Assembly (NCBI GenBank): GCA_003990765.1
Contig: RBNJ01000288.1
Location: forward strand, 1 to 34,045
Direction of reading: 5' to 3'
Source: Jimgerdemannia flammicorona
Taxonomy: Eukaryota
DNA: 34,045 bases
Shown: positions 1 through 16,519 of the stretch, piece by piece
Layout of the letters: each line of letters begins with the position of its first letter
Numbering within the stretch: the stretch's first letter is position 1
Notes under the pieces: model-generated
What the model was told of the DNA's origin: nothing
Database searches by the model: none
Seen by the model: the letters and a program-made list of their open reading frames with translations, nothing else
Program-made: the position numbers and the translations under genes

Positions 1-1471
1 ACTTCTCCCCCCCAACTACCTCTGCTGCCTGCACCGATTCTTCCTCTCCCTCCTTCCTCTCCTCAGTCCGCACAGACTCATCCCAACCATCCTCCGACAT
101 ATCCTCCAACTCCCCCTCTCCCACCTCGGGGACACCATACTGGACCCGATTGTCATCCACCATTGCCGTGTCCACTATCACCCCCTCCGGCCCCTGTCCC
201 CCATTCTCCTTAGCCTCCCCCTCCTGATTCCCAGGCCCCGCCCAGATGCTCGCACTTGCTCCAGTGCCCTCTGCCATAGCCCCTGTCTTCGGACCCCTAT
301 CCAAGTCGGCCAACAAATCCTTCTGCAGCTGTCGTCCCTTCGCCTTCTCCCAGAGCACCTTGTCCATTCGTACCTTCTTGCCCTCAATCACCTCCACCAC
401 CGTCCCAGCCTCATATGCCATCCAAGCCTTTCGCCTCCTCTCTACTGCCCCCACCAGGTCCTCAAGCGCCTCCAGCAAGTCCTCCTCATCTTCTGCCAAC
501 CCCTTCACTCTCGACACCTTGCACTCCACCGGTCCCCACTTCAGTGCCACTGGCCAGTCCCTGGCCTTCCTGGTATTCTCCATCCCAAACAACCGCAGCC
601 AGATGTCCACATCACCTGTCCTAAGCTCCGTCCCCTCCCAAACTCTAAAGCCAATATCGACCACCTTACCATATTCCTTCACCACATTGGTGACCAGCTC
701 CCTCGCCAGTTCCTTCTTCACTGTTGGCAAATCCGCAATCACCAGATGAACTACCCTGGGATCCCAGTGCATGCACCTCGCCATTGGCACCGCAATCCCC
801 CCAACCACCACACCCTTCTCCACCGCCTCCAGTAGCAAACCTTCCTCTTCAAACCCCACCTCGACTGCCTCCAGCTTCTTCAAGAACTTGACTGAGGCTG
901 CACCCTTCACCTCACTAGCCAGCAACCCTAGCACCATCTTCGCCGTCACCGCCAAGCCATGGAAGCACAGTGTAATGGCGAATTCCGATCTAGACTTCTT
1001 GAGTAACGGGGCCGCCACAAGGCCCGTCACACCATCAGCCAGGTCCCCAGACCTCGCGCCACACCCCTGTCCAGGTCCCTCATCAGCCGTCACATCTGGA
1101 TTTTTTTCCAGATTGCCCGTCACACCGCCATCAGCAGTCACAGCCTCAGCCCCTACTCCTCCAGCCCCCCTATGCTGACCCTCCAGTGGAGAGGCCTCCT
1201 TGCCCCTCGAGGTGGCAGTCGCCTTTCCAAGCTCCAGCCAGCCATCCAGCCCAGTCGCCTGTTTCCCCATCCTGACCTTGTCCATGAAGGTCATCCTCCC
1301 CTCTCCATGTGGCCTTGCATCTCCTCTGCCGCCACTCCCGGCCCTGCGCCCCCTCAATGAGGCACTCGGCATACCAATACCAGCACCTTGACCCCTCCTC
1401 ACATGCTGCCAGTCAAAGGCACTGGGGCCCCCCTGTCCAGTACGCTCACCAGAGTGTGTGTTGCTCGCTAT
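1..1471 (-). mobile_element. Non-LTR retrotransposon (LINE) ORF1, 5' part; the frame is open for ~490 codons and runs off the left window edge
   Basis: Manual minus-strand translation has no stop from 1471 to the edge; the ORF track misses it because there is no stop codon. It reads ..FDWQHVRRG..MTFMDKVRMG..VKFLKKLEAVEVGFEEE..VVHLVIADLPTVKKELARELVTNVVKEYGKVVDIGFRVWEGTELRTGDV..GASASIWA.., which resembles the RRM-like region of LINE ORF1 proteins. The start is ATA at 1471-1469 (possibly a mutated ATG); the first in-frame ATG is at 1372. No CCHC knuckle is visible. Confidence 0.65.
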
Positions 1472-1699
1472 GTTGATAGCACCAAGACTTGAAAATGTTG
1501 TCGAAAGTGTTGCCTGAAGTTTGTGTCACCCGAATGTTACCGGTGAAAGCCTCGGACTCACAGTTGGTTATCATTGCTCATCTTATATACTGTATGATCT
1601 TCTTATACTTCAATCTAGTAGCTTACAAGGAAAGACTATCTTCTGTGCTGATGTCATCATTCTGGGGTCACCATTATAGTATATATATTATTGTAAGTT

Positions 1700-3150
1700 A
1701 TATTATATGAGAGTTTTAAATTACTATATTTAGTTTTGAATTTGAATTAAATTTGGAATTCAATTCAAAATTTGAATATTGAATAGAATTTCAAATTCAA
1801 TTTATATAATTTAAAACTAATAATAGTAATATTATCTAAAAAATAGAGCTATATATAACTGCTTTTTAGATACTAAACTTTCAAATATTCAAATTAAATT
1901 AAATTAAACCTCAATTCAAATTGAGGTCTGATTCAATTTAATCAAAATAAATTGAAATCTGATTTGATTTGAAATATTTATTTCAAATTCAAAATATAAT
2001 AACTTAATAGAAATATATCTAAATTTAATATATTTTTATTATACTAGATTCTTTATTGTAAGATATATTAATAAGCTAAAATTTATTAAATTTAGATATA
2101 TTTTGATTGAGTTATTGAATTTTAAAAAATTAGATTTAAATTGAACTTCAAATTAAATTAGACCTTAATTTAATTCCAATTAAATTGAATTGAGTCTTAA
2201 TTTAAATTAGAGACAAATTTAATTTAATTTAATTTATTCTAAGCACTAGTAAAGTCTTAATACTAAGAAAGAATTTTTAAGTATTTAGAAGAGACTGAAA
2301 TATTGTAAAATATTCAAAAAATAAATAAATAAGAAAAAACTTAAAAAAATAATATAAAAATAGACTATAACTAAGCTATAATTAAGAAATTATTATATAT
2401 AAGATTAGATTTTTTTTTTTTAATAATTATATTAATATATATTATTAGATAAATTAATATCTAATTTTATACTTATATGTACTAGAGTTTAAGATAACTA
2501 ATAGTTTAATAGATTTTATGTATCTATTATTTTTTATAATTAAAAAATAAAGTATCTTAGATTACTATTTGTAAAATTAGATAAGATAAATATATATATA
2601 TATAGTTAATTATTATTATTATATTTTAACTTTAGAGATATAAATATAAATATCTTTTTATAAAGTAAAAAGTTGTATACTTTAATAGATGATCTAATAT
2701 TATTTATTATATTAAATAAATATTTATTTAAAATTTCTAAATATTATTTCTGACTTTTTTAAACTTTAGAATATTTAACTTTATAATATTTCAGATCTTC
2801 AAAGTTAATTAGTAATTTTTCAATCTTATTCTAATTTAATTACTAATTATTATACTGACTTCTGAATATATAATTCTAATAAGATTATAACTACTATCTG
2901 TTCTAAGTTTATTTCTTATATATTATAATACTGATAGTAGTTTGGGAGTTTTGGAGTTAAAACCCCATCAAACAAGAAGAAATTTATAGCAGTGAGTACC
3001 TTATATCTGAAAGCAGAATACTTGTATACTTTCTACATTAGATATTTTTATCTTCAGACTATAGATATTTTCAGGCTACTAATATATTTACTCAAATATT
3101 TACTTTTATCCATTCCATATCTCAAGAAAAATAAACAGTAATAACATAGT
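1700..3150. repeat. Extremely AT-rich, heavily mutated repeat relics
   Basis: Almost no CpG, strong G/C depletion, no ORFs, and repeated GAATTC/AATTTGAAT-like units; sharp compositional contrast with the GC-rich genes to the right. Confidence 0.6.
1883..2248. mobile_element. Old, degenerate palindromic MITE related to the element at 23231-23856
   Basis: Inverted arms 1999-2030 and 2084-2115 match at 29/32 nt. The right end AAGCACTA matches the young MITE end GAGCACTA. Internal AATAACTTAATAGAAATATATCTAAATTTAAT resembles AATAACTTGATGAATAATTATCCAAATTTGAT in the young copy. The left boundary is approximate. Confidence 0.55.
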
Positions 3151-3917
3151 AGTAGTGTTAAATAGTCATGATCAGGGGAGAGTGATAAAAAAGAAGCTTA
3201 GGTGGAAATATAGAAGCACTATGGCAATAGTTTTTTTTTTTTTTTTTTATGGCTTGGCAGTGACGAACAGTGTCTTGATAAGTGTGGACGCGGCTAAATT
3301 GAAGAATGCGGTCAGATTATCCGAGGTGTCTCCTAGGATGCAACGAAGTGAGGGTTTTGTTGGTTTGAGGGCCTTTGCGACAGCCTTACGAAACGTTCAT
3401 TTTTTTTTTTTTTCCAAGGCTGCCAACGCAGAGAGGGCGGTGATGGCCGCGAGAGTGCTGAAAGCAGCGAAAGCAACGAGAGCGATGGTGGTAACGATAA
3501 ATACAAATACAGATCTTCTCTTGGTCGTATATTTTATTTTTAAGTGCCTTCTCTCTCTCTTATGGTCTTATCTTCGCTTGTGTGTGCATAGGGTCTTACT
3601 TTCCGGAGCTTATAGTACTTAAGCCGTCGACTTCGAATGCCACTCACTTTCGCCTTAATACGAGTCCCCCCAGGTCCATACCGAACCCCCCTCCATATAT
3701 GTATATACGCAATCATGAATACGCTAGACATGCACAACGCATACCGCCGCACCCGGTCTTTTATTCCCTCGGATCAAATCAACGTATTTCACCACGGAAA
3801 TCCGAGAAAGAAAAAGTAAACGAGTGCGGTGTGACGCATTCTGAAACGGCGAACGAGAAAAAACACCCCCACATTACATGATGCTAATCGTGAAAGAAGG
3901 ATTTAGGCCCAGTCCAT

Positions 3918-4686
3918 TTATTCATCATGGTGATGCCCGGCGCCCTCGCCGTTGACCGCGGGGTTCCAGAAAAGGGTGTTCTCGCCCCAGGGGTAGCTCT
4001 GAGGGTCGGAGAATGATGGGAGGCAAGAGAGTTATTGGTAATGTTATTTTCGTGAAGTGTTTGCGGAGCTCACGAGTCATTGTGGTATAGGGTGTTGCTT
4101 ATCCACAGGGTCAGAAATTTAGCCTTTTCCACAAACACATTTCTCATCTCCCCACACAATCCGTCAAATCTCATTTCCATACATTGGCTCAAAGTCGGCT
4201 TCAGTAAAAACAAAAATGCCCCAGAGCCTATGTACCTTCTGGCGGATGTTCACGTACTCGTACTTGACGAATTGGCGCGGGTGTTCTTTCGCATGAGCCT
4301 GGTGCTTTTTCAGCAAGTAGTAGGCGTTGGCAGCGCTGGCGGGGATAACGACGATCACCGCAAAGTATGAGATTTTGAGCCAGGTAGCGCTGCTGGCTGG
4401 TTGGGAGCGAGAGTATGGAATTTGGATTTGAGAGGGAATTCAGTTGAGAAGAGCGATGCTAGTGGAAACGACGGAGAGAATGCGTTCGGGGACGAGGGTA
4501 TGCCGTGAAAATTAACAGATACACAGACACTGGCGTCGCATGTAACCTACTTGCGGCGTGCTCCCGGACGGCGGCGTGCTCGGCGGCGAAGGAACTCTGG
4601 CCTGCGACGGCCTCGGTGGTGTGGAAACGTAGACCGCGCTTTGCGACGGCGGCGAGGTGGGTGTTGAAGAAGGCGCGGCTGGCCAT
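3918..4686 (-). CDS. COX13: Cytochrome c oxidase subunit VIa (COX6A/Cox13), 3 exons: 4686-4551, 4396-4236, 3998-3918; 125 aa
   Basis: GT-AG splicing gives a mitochondrial presequence followed by EHAAVREHAATSSATWLKISYF..TM helix..KYEYVNIRQKSYPWGENTLFWNPAVN, the COX6A signature (YxYxNIRxKxYPWG..TLFWNP). Confidence 0.93.
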
Positions 4687-4855
4687 TGGCGGTGGAAGAG
4701 TGGTCGAGGAAGAGTTTGTTTACAGGTTACAGGAATCGGGTGATTATGCGTCATGTGATTCGGCCGTCGGTGGTAGGGCCCTGGTCGATATTGCTGGTGG
4801 CGGACATAGGCAATTCAAAGAAAATAATGAACTAATCCACTGTAGCAACTGTAGT

Positions 4856-4912
4856 TTCGTTCGTTCATTCGTTTATGTGTTCATTCGTTCATTCGTTTAT
4901 TCGTTCATTCGT
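4856..4912. repeat. Imperfect (TTCG/TTCA)n microsatellite in the COX6A-NDUFB7 divergent intergenic region
   Basis: TTCGTTCGTTCATTCGTTTAT..TTCATTCGTTCATTCGTTTATTCGTTCATTCGT read directly. Confidence 0.8.
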
Positions 4913-5071
4913 AATGGATTTTCCAAGTTCCATGGCATTGCCTTGGAGACACCTCCGAATCACCACAAAAATTTGGCCGGTCCCGAGCCAGGCCCGCAAT
5001 GGTAAACAAGCTGCCTTGAAATCATCCGCCGTCATTGACGACGACCTTTCGTGAACCCCACACACCCAGAC

Positions 5072-5796
5072 ATGGCCGACGCAGACGCACCAGGTATGTC
5101 CCCTTGCTTGCCCACTACCCGTCACGAACATGTTATTGTGGACGGCGCTTGTTTCACTGGAGAAGCAAAGGCACCCTCTGACCCTCCGAGCGAACCACTT
5201 CGGCTGACCTGACGGTCGCTTTCCAGTAGCAGCGACAGTCCCACTGAACTTCCTTCTCCCCTCCCGCAACCCCTAGTGATGCAGGTGACCCGGAAGCAGA
5301 TGGCCGACGCACGCATCCCGCTCGAGTACCGCGACTACTGTGCCCACCTCCTCATTCCCCTCAACAAGTGCCGCTACCAGACCTTCTACTTGCCGTGGAA
5401 GTGCGAGAACGAGAGGCATTCATACGAGAAGTGCCAGTACGAGGAGTGAGTACGGCCAATATAATTGGTTGGAAGGTGGCGGTGGAGCACCGGAGATAGG
5501 GAGGTGTAGGCATGATCGCAGTGGGAATATACCTGGATCGTGCGGAATGGGAGTCAGGTCGTGCTCGTGACCCTGGGACGGGATGAACTATTGAGGAGGT
5601 CACGTCGGATTCAGAATTCCAAGTCGAATCACTAGCTCTACCCTTTCCGGTTTGCTTCCTCTATCGTCTGCTCGACGTCCCTTCATCACGCACAACCGGT
5701 TCACTGACCATCCTGCGTTTCATCACTCCCAGTTACAAACGCCGCATGCGCGCCTTGAATAAGCAGCGCCTGAAGGAGGACCAGGAGAAGCACTGA
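5072..5796 (+). CDS. NDUFB7: NADH:ubiquinone oxidoreductase B18 subunit (NDUFB7), 3 exons: 5072-5093, 5277-5445, 5733-5796; 84 aa
   Basis: Spliced product MADADAPVMQVTRKQMADARIPLEYRDYCAHLLIPLNKCRYQTFYLPWKCENERHSYEKCQYEDYKRRMRAL.. carries the RDYCAH/CR/WKC/YEKC cysteine signature. Confidence 0.95.
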
Positions 5797-6347
5797 GGAG
5801 GCAAATGTGTGGGAACTGGTGGGCGGACGGTTGTGCCGTGCGAGCGACGATGTAAAGTGTACACGTGGAACGATGAAAGGCTTTATCGACGCGAAGAGAT
5901 ATTTAATAGAGCACTTGTGCTGGTAGTTTGTTTTTCTCCGAAAGCACCGGTATGGAGGATGAGGTTATGCGTGTGCATGTCCGTTCGAGAACGCAGAGGT
6001 GTGATCCATGGTGTGCGTGACGAGATGGTGGGTCGTGGAGGTGGAGTCCCCTTTTTGGCGCTGCCCTCGTCGGCTGCAGATCACGGGGCGGGATGGCGAT
6101 ACGAGCGGAGGTCGCAAGGCAGACGTGCCTGCGGCATGACGTGAGGTTGTGAAGAATTGTTGGAGTGAAGGGAAAGTGGCGGGTAAAATTTTAACAGTGG
6201 CCCACCGGTGATTGACGTAGGTCTGGATCCCGGAAAGAGCAGTCAAATCAGTGTGTGGTTTATTTCGTTTTTATGGATTGGGAATAGCCTTACAAAACGT
6301 CCGCAATAGCATGAACGGAGTATCTCAAACACGCACATCCTTCACAC

Positions 6348-7070
6348 TCACGGCAATGGCAAATCAAATACAACAGGCGGATTTAGGGGTTTGTACGTGA
6401 GCGTGCAGGTACTGGCATTGACGAACAATGTCCCCTCGGTCCCGTCCGCGGCCGTGCCAAATTCGTACCCGTACCCCTCGTGGATGTGGCCGAACACGTG
6501 CGCCCGCGGCCGCACCTGGCGTACTCGGTGAAGGAGGTCCTCGCACCCGACGTCGGTGTCGTTCATCGTACGCGCGAGATGGCTCCACGGAGGACCGTGC
6601 GTAATTAGGATGTCCGTGTGCGCGGGGATTTGGGCCCATTTGGCTTAGGAGGGGGAGGAGTAGGTGGAGAATGAACTCGAAATTCATTGCGAGGGCAAAA
6701 GAGGGTCTGTTCAGAAGGGAGACTCACCGGCAAGCTCAGGCCCCCTCGGCAAGTTGAATCCCCAATCGCAGAATTCGGGCTGCCACGGACTACCCCAGCA
6801 CCTCCACCCTCCATCTTCAGCAGGGAGAGTATACTCTTCGTCCTCAAGGTAGACGACGCCGTACTCATTCGCCTGTCGGTACAGAGTTTTGATCCGCTCG
6901 TGGTCCTCCTTGTTGCGGTGCCACTGATCCCAAGTTTTCTCGTAATGCGCCGTGTCGAACGTCAAGTCGTGGTTACCTGCAATCACTAGCTTCGTGCTGT
7001 GCGAGGGACACGGGTATTAGAATCGTGCGTATGGGACATGAGGGGAGGGAGGAAGGGAGGGAGAGGGGGG

Positions 7071-7127
<57 letters not shown>

Positions 7128-7473
7128 AGATGGCATACCGGTGTGGGAGGTCCTTGAGCCAGGTGAGCGTACGTTGGCAGTCCGAGAGTGTGCCCGTACG
7201 GGTGAGGTCGCCGGCGTGGACTGGTGGAGAATAATGATTAAATAAGCTTGGTAGTTAGGACATCCCTTTCAATTGAATAGCAAACCAAAAATTTAAATTC
7301 CTTCATGTTTGCAAATACTCACTGAACACATCTCCATCGGGAATCTCAAAATTGTACCGGATGTGATTATGCGTGTCGCTCATGCACACGAACCGCGTCA
7401 TTCCGGGCGGCTTTGGCGGCAGAGGTAGCTCTGTGTCAGCGTAAACGGCGAAGGGTTGTGTGGAATTGGCCAT
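6348..7473 (-). CDS. Calcineurin-like metallophosphoesterase (MPPED/239FB-like), 4 exons: 7473-7323, 7220-7139, 6996-6728, 6643-6348
   Basis: All metal-binding motifs occur in order: SDTH, HAGD, IAGNHD, GSPWQPEF, LITHGPP, HVFGHIHEGYG, FVNAS. GT-AG introns keep the frame. Confidence 0.9.
7074..7126. repeat. 53-nt G homopolymer (poly-C on the gene's sense strand) inside intron 2 of the metallophosphoesterase
   Basis: Uninterrupted G run preceded by GGGA repeats. Confidence 0.85.
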
Positions 7474-7647
7474 TGCTTCCGGTGAATGCTTGAGGAAGGG
7501 CCAGAGGATGAGGATTTAAATGAATGCAAACGATATCGCAGCGGACGATACCCGAAACATAAGCCACCGCCACTGATTTCACGGGTATGCACCAAGAAAA
7601 TAAAGGATTCCCGAAACGCTCTTAATTCCGTTAGCACGCTCTCATAT

Positions 7648-10219
7648 ATGCATGCAATACATCTGTCGAGGCTCGGTCGGGTGGCGTTGCACACATCGAG
7701 CGTTCGTGGCGCGAGGGCCGTGAACAATGCGCCGCGCGCCCTCGTCAACGGGAAGTGGGAGGCTGTTGTGGGGCTCGAGGTCCACGCGCAGATCGACTCG
7801 CGGACGAAGTTGTTCTCTGGTAAGTGGGCATACAAGTGTGTCGTCGGGAATTATGCAACAAAAGACGTAAATTCTTTGGTTTCACTCGTCTCGGTGTTCG
7901 CCCTAAGCATCCCCGACATCGTTCAACGAGCCTGTGAACACCAATGTGTCCGTTATCGACGCAGCGTTCCCCGGCGTGTTGCCAGTGAGTGTCATGGTCG
8001 TTCGATCCGACGTTCCACGTGCTGAATAACAAATTATCTTTCTCTCCGGCTCTCGCCAGCGCCTCAATGCCAGGTGCGTCGACCTTGCCGTCATGACCGC
8101 TCTGGCCCTCAAGGCTGACGTGCACTTGCGCTCCTCCTTCGACCGCAAGCACTACTTCTACCCCGACCTGCCACAGGGTTATCAGATCACCCAACACTAT
8201 GGTAAAGCTCTCCTCCCCCATATTCCTATCTACATCAATGCGAAATCTCATCCCACGCCCCGCACCTTACAGAACCCATCTCGACGGGCGGCCTGATAGC
8301 GCTAACAGAGCTGGATGGTGTCTCGTACCCACTCGAAGTACGCGTCGAGCAGCTCCAGCTCGAGCAGGATACGGGCAAGAGCCTGTACGACATGGTGCCT
8401 GGAATCACGCTTGTGGACCTCAACCGTGCGGGAACGGGGCTCATGGAGATTGTCACAAGGCCGGATATGAGGTGCGTGATGTTTTAAAGAGGGTGAGGGG
8501 TTGGTTGGTTTGGGATTCCTCGTTGTTTGATGAAAGTGTTATGGTTATCCGTGTTTAGATCGTCGTTCGAGGCGGGATTGGTGGTGAAGAAGATGCAGGC
8601 ACTGCTGCGGTGTGTTGGATCGTCGAATGGGAATATGGAAGAGGTGGGTGCGCATTTGTGACGATCGGTTTAAGAATTGGCTGTAGCGTTGTATGTTGAC
8701 ATACCATGTTCTATCCTCGCAGGGCTCCATGCGTTGCGACGTCAACGTCTCGGTGCACGAGGTTGACACGCCTTTTGGAACGCGATGCGAGCTCAAGAAT
8801 CTTAACAGCGTGAGGTTCCTGACCATGGCGATAGGTGAGTGGAGTTTGGGATCTGGCAAATTGTGGGAGGGGGAAGAGGGCTGGATTACGATTGCTCTCA
8901 CTGCACCAATCTTTGTCAGACGCCGAGGTCCGACGACAGATCGAGGTTCTCGAGCAAGGCGGCACGGTGATGCAAGAGACGAGGGGTTACGATGTCGTGG
9001 CCGGCAAAACGTTTCGACTGAGAAGCAAAGAAACCGCGCCGGATTATAGGTGGATTCAGCGATTATTTACGTTATCCTTATTTGCTGGTAACGAAAATTT
9101 ATCGGAAATTGTCTCTGCCCGTCTCCGCGCAGGTACATGCCGGAACCCGACCTACCGCCACTGATACTCTCACAGGTTTGCCGACGCGTTCTCGTAATTC
9201 GTGGTTTAGTTCGTATCCTCTCTTGGATTGTCTAACAATTGGCATCATGACCCCGCGCAGAGCCATGTCGACTCCCTCTGCGCCGCCCTGCCGGAGCTCC
9301 CGGACGACCGCCGTGAGCGCGTCATGCGCCAGTACGCGCTAGGTGCGCACGACGCCAGCGTGCTGCTGGGGGAGGCGGGAGGGGTGGAATACTTTGAGGA
9401 GGTGGGTGGGGATGTGGGCGTTTTGTGGCGCGGGGGAGATGGTTGTGAGATGGGTCGGTAAATGATCCGTTGTGATCGATGAAATGTGAACTTGCGCGAT
9501 AGGTGTGCGAAGGCCGGGACTCGCGGAGCGTCGTGAACTGGTAGGTGGACCTGATGATCGGTTGCGTTGAATCTTGCGTGGTGCAATCGTCAGTCGCATA
9601 CTGAGCCACCGACATCATAGGATGACGCATGAGCTCTTTGGCCAGCTGGCCACCCGCGCCATCCCCTTCCAGCGCTGTCCCGTCCCCCCGCGCCAGCTCG
9701 GCTCGCTGGTCGATGCCGTAAAGGGCGGGATGATATCCAGTGGGTCTGGGATGCTGGGTTGAATCGTGGCTGGGAAACCTTATATTTTTTGTGACTGAAT
9801 TTGTATATATATATAGGTAAGATTGGCAAGGACGTGCTCGCGGTCATGATCGACGGCGATGTGCGCCCTGCTGCAGAAATCGTGGAGGAGAAGGGGTGGC
9901 ACGTGGTCGGGGATGCGGCCGAGCTGAGGAAGGTGTGCGAGGACTTGGTGGCAAATAATAAGGATAAGGTGAGTCGTTGTACTTTCTTTACTTCTGCTGG
10001 CTTGGTTCATCCCTGCGCTCGTTGTTTGACCTCTTTCCGAAAACCTCGTCTCATTCGATAATGCAGGCAGACATGATCCGCAACGGAAACACCAAGCTGT
10101 TCATGTGGTTCGTCGGACAGGCGATGCGCGAGACAAAGGGGAAGGCCGACCCTGTGGTGCTGAATGGGCTATTGGAGGAGGTGCTTGGGGTAGGGAGGGA
10201 TGGGAGGAAGTTGTCGTGA
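7648..10219 (+). CDS. PET112: Mitochondrial glutamyl-tRNA(Gln) amidotransferase subunit B (GatB/Pet112), ~13 exons: 7648-7819, 7908-7984, 8060-8201, 8273-8471, 8559-8643, 8723-8834, 8920-9049, 9133-9175, 9261-9401, 9503-9540, 9621-9739, 9817-9968, 10067-10219
   Basis: [96 protein letters not shown], and the C-terminal [15 protein letters not shown] (YqeY-like) motifs. Confidence 0.95.
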
Positions 10220-10506
10220 GGGGTTGAATTGAAATAGAGTGATTGAAATAGAGAGAGTCGTAGTTTGTTTCATCGATTGGCTTCCACGGGGTTGAGGGGT
10301 TTGATTGATGGGTTTGAACGAAAGATGAGGAATCGCGGTAGGTGGAGTAGGCTCCCTTGTGGGAGCAGTGTTTGGGTACTTGGCGTGGACCAATTCAGGA
10401 TTTGGGAAACGGTTGAAGAAAATGATTCTATTGATTTTCGGCCTCTTGACCTTGATATATATTTCGGATGGAGGTTGAAAGCCCTGACAAGAATATTTGC
10501 TCCCAC

Positions 10507-11342
10507 TCATACCTCTCCACACCCAACCACAACCACATCTACCAACGGTGTCTCCCCCTTCACCTCTACCTTGTCAATCTCATCCAGCACCTCCAATCCT
10601 TCAACCACCCTCCCAAAAACAACATACTTCCCATTCAGTTTCTCCAGCTTCCCCACATCGTCCGTCAGCGTCACAAAGAATTGGGACGTGTTACTGTTCT
10701 TGCCCGAGTTCGCCATCGCCACCACGCCGCGTCCGTCGAACCGCGGCGCCAACCCTGGCTTCTCGTCGTTGAACTTTCCGCCCGGGTAGATCGAGTCACC
10801 ACCGGACCCGTCACCGCGCGTCACGTCACCACCTTGGGCGACGAAGCCCGGGACAACGCGATGAAGACGTGTGTGAAGGTAGTGGAGAGGCTTTTTGCTC
10901 GACCTGCCAACCTTTCCACCTACACAGAGAGCGCGGAAATTGTTACAGGTCTTGGGACAATCGGTTTGGTGGAGGTCGATGATAAGCCGGCCGCCACGGA
11001 GAGGATTGGGCGGAGTGAGGAGGATGGGACCCTGGTCGTTGGGGAGGATTAATATTTATTGTCGAAAAGAAAAGTTCAACTTTAGATCCAAATTGATAGC
11101 ACGTATAGGAACTAGTATGAGTCATGGGCTAAACTTGCCTGAGCCGCAAATGTGGGATTGCCCTCATACAAATCCTTCACTGTATCACGCTCCTCGTCCG
11201 ACAGCGCCTCGAGCAAGGAGAACCCGTACGTTGACCCGTGGATTTTGATCCACTCGCTGGCGCGGTCGTAGGAGGCTTGCTGTGCGGCATGTGCCTCGCG
11301 GTTGCCGATGGCGATGTCGAGGAAGACCTTATTGGAAGACAT
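10507..11342 (-). CDS. Cyclophilin-type peptidyl-prolyl isomerase, atypical; 2 exons 11342-11139 and 11031-10507 joined by a GC-AG intron; 242 aa
   Basis: KVFLDIAIG..GRLIIDL..CPKTCNNFRALC..HRVVPGFVAQGGDVTRGDGSGGDSIY..VAMANSGKNSNTSQFFVT..LNGKYVVFGRVVEG. The phase-0 donor CAG|GCAAGT joins the two frames. Confidence 0.9.
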
Positions 11343-11447
11343 CTACGACATGTGCGCAGCAGCGCGTTTGGGATTATTTAAGTGTGCGTGACGGTCTTTC
11401 GTAACACGCGCCTCCTCTACACCACAGACGATTCGCTGCATCTAACT

Positions 11448-16519
<5,072 letters not shown>

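Noticed and set aside
246..1391. Plus-strand Ser/Pro/Thr-rich ORFs (246-749, 771-1178, etc.)
   Set aside because: They are antisense shadows of the long minus-strand LINE ORF1 frame.
3155..3881. ORFs 3155-3622 and 3582-3881
   Set aside because: They cross poly-T runs and low-complexity GCA/GAA-rich sequence, with no recognisable motif or splice structure.
10265..11248. Long plus-strand ORFs (10265-10789, 10468-11052, 10895-11248)
   Set aside because: They are antisense to the cyclophilin CDS, a typical GC-rich shadow.
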